A DNA stretch of 60,284 bases, from NCBI GenBank assembly GCA_013265495.1, contig MU057584.1, positions 124,001 to 184,284 on the forward strand. Direction: 5' to 3'. The notes under the pieces were generated by a model. That model made no database searches, had not been told where the DNA came from, and was given only the letters and a program-made list of their open reading frames with translations. The position numbers and the translations under genes were made by a program. Below, piece by piece: positions 1-9,969 of this stretch; the stretch's first letter is position 1, and each line of letters opens with the position of its first letter. This stretch comes from Vicugna vicugna (lineage: Eukaryota).

Positions 1-430
1 CTACATAATAAAGCCCCGATAAACTCTACAGACGCTGGAGCTTGTGTGAGCCTCCCCAGTTGGCTGTCCTCTGCACAGGGCTACACACCTGTGTGCTGGG
101 ACGGTAATGTGTCCGGACGCCACGGACAGAGGACAATGGAAGCCTTGCATTGGGAACCCTCCCAGACCATGACCCGTGTCTCTCCCTTTGGCTGGATCTG
201 ATTTATACCCTTTTGCTATAATAAAACTGTAATTTGTGAACATAGTGCTTTCCTGAGTTCTGTGAGTTGTTCTAGTGAATTATCGAACCCGAGGGATTAG
301 TGATCAGAAGTGAGGGTGGAATTGGAACCCCTGAACTGGAAGCTTGACTGGAAGTCTTGTGGGGGTCTATGTCCTCAACCTTGAAAGTCTGATCTAAGTT
401 TGGGTGGTTGGCATTAGAAGTCATTGCATC
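1..430 (+). mobile_element. MER21-like LTR, 3' part
   Basis: tgctataataaaactgta...ctttcctgagttctgtgagttgttctagtgaattatcgaacccgaggg resembles the MER21 consensus as recalled; similar to 29835-30450. Confidence 0.6.
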
Positions 431-899
431 CCCTAATAATATGGGGGAATACCTCCATGATCTCAGGGTAGGAAGTTTTCTTAATAAGTACATATAAAAT
501 CCACTAATCATAAAAGGAAAGACTGATATTTTAGACCCTATCAAAATTAAGGACACATCTATTCATCAAAAGACACCATTATGAGACCTCACTTTAATAA
601 TGAACAAATATATTTTTAAAACCCCATTTCTAAGACAGTTGGGAAAATAAATATACTAACTGGAATGTTTGATGAGGTTACTTGAATTTTAAAAAATGAT
701 AACAGGATTATTTCAGAAAACTGAAGTTCAGCATGTATGTGTGCGTAAGTACGTGGGTGTGCATGCACACGCACACACACACAAACTGGTCTAAGCCCCA
801 TCTCCAATTTAACAATGGAAAATCTCAGTAGATGAATTTAAGGGGAGGACTGCCAATGATGAGAGCAAAGACAGTAATCTCTAAGAGTAAGTAATAGAA

Positions 900-1400
900 A
901 TTTCTCAAAACACAGAGTAGAAATACAACCAGTTGGAAATCAAGTTGGGAAGAGAGGAGATTTGAAAGATACATCCTGGAAACCTATCATGCGAGTAAAA
1001 GGAATTCCAAAAATTGAAGAAGGAAACCACAGAGAAGAGAAAATAATTAACTAGATAATGGAAGGACACTGTCTTGAGCTGAAGAAAGAAGTAACACTGC
1101 AGACTGATAAGGCTACCTACCAAGGCTCATGCCTGGATTGATGAAAAAAAACTCCCACCTGGGCATATCTGGGCAGAATTCTGGAATTCTAAGATTAAAA
1201 TGAAAATCTTAGAAACCCTCAGGCAGAAAGAACAAGTTACTCATAAAAGCAAAAGAATCCATTGATACTGAACTCTTCCTCTACAAAACAGGAACACAGA
1301 AGAAGGGAGGAGCACTCCCACATGCTAAAGAGAACAGAACAGCAAGCCAACAGTGTTCTACTGAAGCTACGTGTCATTTACTTGTCAGAGCAAAAGGAAG
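900..1400 (+). mobile_element. Old L1/HAL1 ORF1 fragment
   Basis: A-rich, with aaaatcttagaaacc..cagaaagaacaagttactcataaaag typical of degraded L1 ORF1. Confidence 0.5.
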
Positions 1401-1986
1401 GATCGGCCTGAACCCAGAGAGTACATCCCCACAGGAGGAAAACACACAGAATTGCTAACCACCAAATGCTGCCTGCGGCTGTGGCTCCCGAGAACTATAA
1501 GCCCGAGGAGAAGTACCAGCCTCACAACCTAGATGGAGCCAAGATGCCCTCTGGTTCTGTGCTTGTTTCAGCTACTCCCATATCATCAGGAAGCAGCAGC
1601 TCCAGACTATCATCTTATAAACCAGGAGATGCTGGCAAAGAAGACCAGTCCAACATCCTGCTCATACAGCAGAGGCTGCACCCTGTGAGAAGCCGGGTCA
1701 CTGTCCTGGCCCCCAGATCCAGAGCGGTGGTGAGACTCCACCCCTGAGGAGAGGCAGGCCATAAAGACCACAGCCCTGTGGCTCTCCCTAAGGGGAATGA
1801 CCTTATTTGAGAGTGTGGGTGAGTTAAACTTCATAATGTCAGAGATCCCACTTTACATACATTTATTGCTTTAGTAAGATGAAGTTCATTGCAAAATTAA
1901 AAAATAGAAGAGAACTATATTGAATACCTTCTAATGGCCTATATTGACAAAGAATATGACAAGGAATATACATGTGTGTCTGTATG

Positions 1987-2632
1987 TGTTAGAGCAGGCA
2001 GAGAGCTAGATATGAGCAGAGGAAGGGGGACACAGACCAAATGGCAGGAATTGGGCAGAAAGGAGGGGCACAGGCCAAATGCACGAAACCACACATCATG
2101 TAAGCAGCAGGGGTCCCTGGGCAGAGAAAGAAAAGCACGAACTTTGGGGCTGATAAGGGGCCACACCTTTTGGCCTGAAGACCAACAAAGAAAGGTGAGA
2201 AAAGACAGGAATTTCCGGCGTCTGAATGTAACCTTTTGCTCATTATGCCCTCATTTCAATAAAATTAGCCTTGCAGATCAGAAGTACTCATCATGCACTG
2301 ATGCCATGACACTTCTGATCCAGACTAAATAAGGACGAAAATCCCTCCTCCCTTTGGGAAAGTGGAGTTGGGATGATATCAGGAAATACGACCCCCAAGC
2401 CCTTTCCTCCTCAATGAATGTTCCACTCATTCATTTTTACACCGTACGTACCTAACTTGCCAAAGAAACTCAGGGCAGCCGCTCACCTGAGCCTGCCCGC
2501 TCTCTCCTTGAGAGTGTACTATCCATCCTTTAATAAACTCTCACTTTACTTTTTTAACCTCTACGTCTTGTCTCTGAATTCTTTTTGGGACAGGACAAGA
2601 ACCTGGAACACCAGTTGCATCCACAGGCAGCA
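1987..2632 (+). mobile_element. Solo ERV1-class LTR nested in an L1 3' end
   Basis: TG...CA termini, 4-bp TSD TATG (1983-1986 / 2633-2636), AATAAA at 2532-2537. Confidence 0.8.
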
Positions 2633-3319
2633 TATGTATAAACGAATCACTGGACTTGCAGACCGCAGAGACACATGTTAAACATTTTGAAATATACTAA
2701 CTCCTCTCCAGAATTCATGCATTTTTTACAGCTACTTATAGAGACAACTATGTAAAAATGTCAAGCCTACTCCAATAATGTAAACATTTGAAAATAAAAT
2801 GACCAAATGCCAACAATTAAAAAGAATTTTTTCCCCTTGGGGTCTGGGAGGGAGAATACTGGATAGGGAACTTGACAAAATTAATATTCAAATCCAGCAT
2901 AGCTGTACCTAAGAAGTGTTAATGGAAGGAATGCTATGGTAGTCTGAATACAGTTACATCAAAGCTTCCTGAAAATATGAAGAATAAAACAAGCCAACTA
3001 TCAAAGTTTTACTATGACAACTTTTGTCATTAGTAACTATTTTTGACACTTCCTAAGTGTTATAATAAAATTCTACTTGAACACTCTAGTGGGTCAAAAG
3101 ATTCAAGTGTTATGGAGTGTCCTCTTACTGAAATAAACAAATAATTTTTGTTTATGTTACTGAAATATAAACAAAAATAATTTTTAGTCAGGTTATACCA
3201 TCACAAAAGTCATAAAGGATAGCTGAACTCAAATTGTTTACAAGTGATGGAATATGAAACAGAGCGCCAAATAATAAGAACTCAACTTGAGAAAGGTTTT
3301 ATAAATTAGCCAGAGATAG

Positions 3320-3850
3320 ACCCTGCGTATCAGCCCTAGAGTGTTTACTTCTTCATAGCAGGTTGGGACCATTAGCAAGAAAACCTGCTGGTGCCAAACT
3401 AAAATCCTTTCATAGCCAATTATTTTAACAGCCCAAATAAGCATATTGTTAGTCATTTAGAGCCTGCTTATTTTGTATACTCTGCAAAACTGCATCCAAC
3501 ATCTGCTAGCCATAAAGACAAACCCGGGAGCTATAACAGACCTTCAATAGCCGCTGCCTTTAGGAGTTCCCTGACCCCAAGATTCTGCCTTGGACTGCCA
3601 CCGAGCAACATAACTTGGACCTGTAAGTCCCACTTCCCCTGGGAGTTCCCCTGCCCTCTCGCTCTTCTCGGCGGTGGCAGCCACACACTGTAGTCTTTGC
3701 AAGGTCTTGTGCTGTGAGACTTCCCCTCGCAGATGCAATCCTGTCAAGCACCACCTAAATGAACCGCACCGTGTGCTACTGCCACTTCTGGGGGTCATAT
3801 CTTCTCCCTTCATCAGCCCTGAGATCTTTTAACTCACTGTACGAATACAG
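3320..3850 (+). mobile_element. Old LTR, family uncertain
   Basis: GC-richer block with a TATA-like gctataac and an LTR U5-like 3' end (gtgtgctactgccac...catatcttctccctt). Confidence 0.4.
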
Positions 3851-4379
3851 GCTGGGGAGAGAACTGGGGCCAATCACAATAGTGTAAGACCCAACCAGAT
3901 CATGCAATGCCATTGGTCTTCTGCATTTTGCCTATTTACTTAGTTTTTGCAGGGCTCTTCTGAATAAACTTTATATGAAAAATTTGAGATGAACTTAATA
4001 TAATTTTCTCCCTTTTACTCATATAACAAACAAGATCAGCATATGTACAAAGCACAAAGCAATGGTAAGTCTATGCAGCTTCAGCAATGAACAAGGCTCT
4101 GTCCTCTGAACACTTACTGGAAACCAGTTTTTGTCATCACACTTTTAAGCACGTGATCATAGTCATTCTTTTTAATATCTCCCTCCTGAGTAATGTCTGA
4201 TAAATGTCAAAGTTCTGACCAGTGTCCTTAGTGTACACTTACAACAGTTCTCTGCCATGTAGGCTCTTAACCACTGGGACATGTCCAGCTATGGCCAAAA
4301 CACTGACTTTGATGAAAATATTTTCTCTCTCTTGACTTGACCACATGACTTGATGAATTTAGATCTCATTTCAATCTTT

Positions 4380-4900
4380 TAAAGACACCATTTCATACAA
4401 CTGTTTTCCTATGTGGATCCTCTGATAAAATTCATACCACTCTCATCACTTCTTCAAAAATTTATCTTGGATAAATTAGATGATTCACAAAAGTCGACCT
4501 CAAACTGAAGCTCTTACCATATTATCTCATAATTGGAAGTTTTTTTTCCTGTGTGAACAGTCTGATGACCCTGAAGTCGCAAAGACCATCTGAAAACCAT
4601 ACTGTATACACTTTTGTATTTGTATGGCTTCTCTCTGGAGTGGATACTATGATGAAGCTGAAGTCTTGAGGTGTAACGGAAGCACTTAGAACACTCCCTC
4701 TATTTATATTGTTTCTCTTCCATGTGGACTCTCCAGTTAATCCAATGCCCTACAACCAGCATGGGTTCTCTGGGAGGCTTGAAGTTGTAGTCGCTGGCAG
4801 AACCTCCACCCACACTTCTCCCATCTGAATGTTTTCTCTTCACTGTTGTCTCTCTGATGGACCACAATGCCTGACTGGAGCTTGACAGGTTCCTCGTGCT
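4380..4900 (-). pseudogene. Decayed C2H2 zinc-finger array fragment
   Basis: Minus strand reads NWRVHMEEKQYK*RECSKCFRYTSRLQLHHSIHSREKPYKYKSVYSMVFRWSLRLQGHQTVHTG, with an in-frame stop and lost cysteines. Confidence 0.8.
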
Positions 4901-4949
4901 TAAAGACTTAAGGTCTCCAGAGACAGAACTTTTCTGATGAGATGGCTGG

Positions 4950-5480
4950 TGGTGTTGATAAAAGTGATCTTTAAAAATACTATAAAATAAAATGTATCAA
5001 TATGTGAAAGACCTCCAAAACTCAGCCATTTAATATTTTCCAAATGAGTGATGCATAATTTCACAAAACCATGAATGGATACAAGACATACGAAAAATAC
5101 TCTGATACGGTTTTGATTCTACATTGCAATAATTTTAATAAACTATCACTTGTGGGATTTGGGTACAGTATCAAAGAAGAATATTATCTTAGAGTCTATT
5201 AAAGTAACTCTTTTATAATTATAACTGTGGGAAGCTGTTTTCTTTATTTCAACCAAAACAATATATCACAACAGGTAATGCAGAAAAAGATGTGAAAATC
5301 CAGCTATTTTTCTTATAAAAATTCAGGAATTAAAGAGATTTGCCCAAAATTTAAAACATTGCTACTCTTCTCATTAAATTTGTTTTTGGAAATACAGTTT
5401 TCTCATAAAAGTTAGTTCTGTTATAGGTTTATTTTTAAAGTAGATTAATAAACAATTTTTACGTATTAATTCCTAGATAA
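4950..5480 (+). mobile_element. hAT-Charlie (Charlie1-like) DNA transposon fragment
   Basis: cagtatcaaagaagaata, caaccaaaacaatatatcacaacag and gaaaatccagct segments resemble the Charlie1 3' region. Confidence 0.65.
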
Positions 5481-5648
5481 TAAATACGTTTTTCATAGCG
5501 CCATCCCAACTGTAACTTGTATAAAGCCCTTAGACTGGAACTTGATAACTAAGGCTTAATTAGTGGCATTGCTCAAGACCAAATACACATCCTACATATT
5601 CTCCAATTTATGTGACTATACAGGAAAAAAATGCCAAGTCCTACTTAC

Positions 5649-5739
5649 GTGGGGCCCTGCTGCCAGGAGCCAAGGGGTCCCTCACTCCGTCCACCTTGGA
5701 GCAGTTCTTGTGAAGTCAGGGCTGGGGAAGGAAAGGAGG
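5649..5739 (-). other. Candidate 5'-UTR exon (91 nt) of the left-hand ZNF gene
   Basis: atgtttcacag acceptor at 5740-5741 and CAC|gtaagt donor (5643-5648); paralogous copy at 44555-44641. Confidence 0.55.
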
Positions 5740-5779
5740 CTGTGAAACATCACCATTGCCCAAATAAACCACAGAGGAC

Positions 5780-5880
5780 ATTCCAATGCTATTAGAAAGG
5801 TACTACTATCAACCAATTTTACAGATGAGCAAACAGAGGCACAGAGAGATTAAGGAACCTGACCAATGTTGTATTTCCAG
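5780..5880 (-). mobile_element. MIR SINE fragment
   Basis: attttacagatgag.aaac.gaggcacagagag core. Confidence 0.7.
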
Positions 5881-5899
5881 GAAAGGGTCTGACAGGTGG

Positions 5900-6560
5900 G
5901 GGAGGAGAGTTAGGGGAGCCGAGGGCGCGAGAGCCTGCAACCCCCAACCGCGCCCAACCCGGGCACCCGAGAATCTCCCTAAACGTGAGACGATTCCCTC
6001 AATGTGAACTAAAACTGCCGTCCTCACACCTCAAACATCTGCTTTCCCCCTCAAGCCCACAGCTGGGTTGTTGTTGCTTCAAGAGCAGGTCGAGGAAGTT
6101 CAGAAGCGTTGCGAGATGAGGAACCCACAATCACTACGCGAACACAAGGTCATAACCCCGCCCACCTGGGCCGGAAGTGCCTGCAACTACCAGGAGCTCT
6201 AGATCAACATTTCCCAGAACTCCCCAGTACAGCCCTTTGGGAACGGAAGTGCATGAGACTACACGGTGTTCTTGGACTACACTTCCCAGAATGCCCAAGG
6301 AGGACAACATCCACAGCCCCGCCCTTCGGGGAGGAAGTACCTGTGAGTACTTGGAGCCCCTGAGCCGAAGGAGAGCGCTGTCCACGGTCCTGCCTGGCAG
6401 GAGCAAAAGTGCTTGCGGCCACGGGGAGGGCCTGCACATTACTTCTCACAGTGCCCTAGGAAAACAATGACTACAGCCTCGTCTTCCCGGGAGAAAATAT
6501 GGATTACTACACTGAGTACCTGGATTAAATTTCCTAGAATCCTGGAGGGGAAAACATTAC
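5900..6560 (-). promoter_or_regulatory. CpG promoter / first exon of the next cluster gene running off the left edge (ZNF235 by synteny)
   Basis: CpG-rich. CCGGAAGTG at 6171-6179 and CGGAAGTG at 6244-6251; ZNF143 motif ACTACACTTCCCAGAATGCC at 6276-6295; donor CAG|gtgggc (exon end 6166). Colinear with the ZNF112 promoter. Gene identity is inferred from human gene order only. Confidence 0.8.
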
Positions 6561-7133
6561 AGAGACATGCAGTTCTGGAGTCCAAATATCTCCAAAAATC
6601 AGAGCTCTGGAGAACTGAGTGCCACTGACCCGCTGCCTGGCCAGAAGAAGCTTCTTCTATGTCTTCTGGATCTTCTAGACTAATTTCCAGAGTGGCTTCA
6701 TGGTAGCACTTTCCGCCAGGCTGACCTTTGGTGTTATGAACAATTGGGTTCCGTTTGGATGAATTCTGTGCCTCTGGTCGAGCCCAGTCTTCCCTGTTCT
6801 TTTTTCTCACTTCCCTATCCCTCTTCTCATGTAAGTATACTAATAAGCAGTTGTCAAGGAAATGCCTTGTATAGGGGAAAAATAACATTTTCTGTGGAGG
6901 AAAGACATTATCATCCTTGGCTACAAATTATCACTACATTAAAAACTACAGCATAAACAATAGGCAAAGTAAATTTTAACACCAAAAAACTACTACATTG
7001 TAGTGATAAAGATTAAATTATCCAAGAACATAACACAAATGTATAATTACATGCATGTAACAAATATCCTCAAATATATATTTTTAACTGGCAGAACTAA
7101 AAGGAGTCATACTCTCTGATTACATAATAGAAT

Positions 7134-7160
<27 letters not shown>
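7134..7160. repeat. (CA)n microsatellite
   Basis: Directly visible. Confidence 0.95.
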
Positions 7161-7166
<6 letters not shown>

Positions 7167-7611
7167 AATCATTTGGAAGATTTGACACTACTAGGAAATG
7201 TGATCTAATTATACATGGCATACACGTCTGTTCAGGTACACATAGAACGTTTACAAAATTTGACCACATGCTGGACCATAAAGTGTAAACAGCAAATTTC
7301 AAAACACTTCAATAATATATATTCTCAATGAGGTGCAATAAGGCTAGAAATCAGTAATAAATCCTTACTAGACAATTGTAGCTTATCTGTAAATTAAGAA
7401 TCTTAACGATGGATGCGTGAAAGCTCAATGGATGGGCTCAGGGGAATCTGGAATATATTTGTAGCTGGATTAATAAAAATACATATCAACGTTTATTAGA
7501 TGCAACCAAAGCCACACTTTAAGGGAAATATAAATTATTAAATACATATACTAGGAAATAATGCTGAAAATCAGTAAGAGACTCATCAATCTCATGAAGT
7601 TTAAAAAGGAT

Positions 7612-7682
7612 GGGGGGTGGGGTATAGCTCAGTAGTAGAGCGTGTGCTTAGCACTGGATTCAATCTCCAGTACCACCATTAA

Positions 7683-7746
<64 letters not shown>
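7612..7746 (+). mobile_element. Vic-1-like tRNA-derived SINE (internal deletion) with expanded (AAT)n tail
   Basis: ggtatagctcagtagtagagcg A-box and ggattcaatc B-box; (AAT) run 7683-7746. Confidence 0.8.
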
Positions 7747-7932
7747 GCAGTGGACCTCCAATTCTGAACAAGATGGACTAAGCATATTCTACTCCATTCC
7801 TCCTGCTATTTACAAGTAAAACCCCTACACAAAAAACATAGGGAAACTAATAAAATTCTGACAGGTTGAAACAAGATGGCAGACAGGCTAGGGACATCAG
7901 GACTTGAGGAGTAACCTGAAGGTGAGTTCCCT

Positions 7933-7933
<1 letters not shown>

Positions 7934-7965
<32 letters not shown>
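7934..7965. repeat. (TG)n microsatellite
   Basis: Directly visible. Confidence 0.95.
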
Positions 7966-7969
<4 letters not shown>

Positions 7970-9259
7970 ACACACCCTTTACAGGACAGAACCTTTTTGA
8001 CTAAGTCCATTCTCCTTCAGGTAATACCACAAAAAGCTGAGCTCCTTCCCCTTTTCATTCAGTCCCACGTCCTGCAGACTGTGGGCAGAGTCTTGTCGTC
8101 CATTCCAGCCCTGCACTAATGAGAGGCTACGGCCCTCTTCCAACTAGGAATTTTGGAGACTGTGAGGCGGAGCCCTGCGGACTACCCCTCACATCCCACA
8201 CATGCACTGAATGAAAGTCAGCACCCTACCCCATCCCAACTAGAAAGTGGGAGGAGGATTTGAGAGATGATGGAGCTGGAAAAAGGGACTTAAAGTGCTT
8301 CAAAAAATAAAAGGAAAAGAAAGGAAAAAAGGAAGAAAGAAAGGGAAAGAAGGGATAAATTAAGCAAGTGTGGGAAAATATTTATTGTGGAATCTGATGG
8401 GAACAGGGGAGTCCACTTTACTGCTCTTTTTGAGTATTGGTCAATTTTATAGCAAAGCCTCCAAAAGTAATCATAGTCCAATTAGTTTAAATTCTGCTGT
8501 TTTTGTGAAATAAAGAAGCCATATTAACCTCTCTCAGCCTGTTTTTTAATTTTTTTTTTTCATTTCTGCAGTCAGGATGTATCTACTACATGAGAATAGG
8601 AACACTATATTTAGGAGAAATAACCCAAATCCCCAATTACCTGAAACTTGACAACATATCCTATTTTTGAAGAAAATCAGTGTACTAACAAGGCATAGTT
8701 GAGTGAGAAGGAAAAACCCATGACATCACTGTTTCCTGCCTCACCCAGGGTAGTTAGGTGGCGCCTACACAGGTAGGATTTAACTAGCTGGTACTATCGG
8801 GTCCCTCTTACCTGTATGATTTCTTCACACATCCTTCTTCCCAAGTTGTTCTTTCCTCTTCTCTCACCTTCCCATGTCTTGGACTCTCACATGACTCTCA
8901 CTTGCTACTGATGCTTTTGGGCCATGTTCTTTCTTTCCCTTTTCTTAATTTCCTGAATGCAATGACATTAGGTCCTAAACAACTTGAACAGGAGGCTACA
9001 GAATTGCTTTTTTGGAGATATCTCGGGGAAAATTCTCATTAACAAGGAGTGGTGTCATTTCCTGCTTTCATATTCTAGAACTCTACTATTATTCTAGTAG
9101 TCCCACGGCCTGAGGAGAAGCTTTAAATTAGCTGAAATCTTAAATCTTGGCTTTCAACAGTCTCCACTAAAAATTTGATTCTCAGGTTGTCCCTTTGCTC
9201 TGGAAACACTGACTACAAACATATTGCATTTAAGGCATGTTGTCTAGCTTGGAAGTAAA

Positions 9260-9420
9260 GCTCAACTTACTGCAGCAGGACAGACAGAGCCTGGGTCCCT
9301 GACTGATGGTGGAAGCTGCCCATTTAATCAGGCGCTCCCCAGGGAACTCATAAGCCTGAAGTAAAGTTCTATTGTGTTAAGCCCCTGAGATGTGGGGGGT
9401 TGGTTTACAGCAGTCAGTCT
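9260..9420 (+). mobile_element. MLT1-like (MaLR) LTR 3' fragment
   Basis: gagcctgggtccctga...ttaagcccctgagatgtgggggttggtttacagcag. Confidence 0.5.
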
Positions 9421-9969
9421 ATCCCCACCTGAAAGGAAAGCTATATCTGTGTGATTTTTGCTTATATCCTTTGAATCATTAATAGTATCTGTTGTGGAAA
9501 AACTATAATTCATGTGATTCTGCCATGACAATTGATTACTTTGTTTTAGCACAGGAGTTAATAGGAAAATTGAAAGAATATGAATTTTGTAGTTCTCAAT
9601 TTTTCACAAATATCTTTAGAAGAGTGGCAAACATTCTTCAGCAGGAAATAAGTTGAGTAATAATTAGTACATAAACATAGTAGAGTACTGTGCAGACCAT
9701 AAGAGGATGTGGCAAATGCATTTGTTGATAGGGTAAATGTTTTTTAACATACTGATAAGTAAAAAAGTTAGAAAATAGTTGCATGGTATAATCCCAGTTT
9801 TGAAAAAATATTATACAGAGGTGTTTGCTTACGTCACATGAGGCATAGTAAACCAAAGTATTTACAGTACGTAACTGAGTGGTAAGTTTGAATTTTCAAA
9901 TAATTTCACTTACACATTTGAGTTTTTCTGTAGAATTTTATTTGCAATGTTCAGGAATTCATTTCAAAT

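Noticed and set aside
6109..6888. Cluster of overlapping ORFs at the left promoter (and similarly 45087-45734)
   Set aside because: Expected from stop-codon scarcity in GC-rich promoter DNA.
7612..7680. tRNA gene
   Set aside because: The A/B boxes belong to a SINE with an AT-rich tail and five sister copies; no complete cloverleaf.
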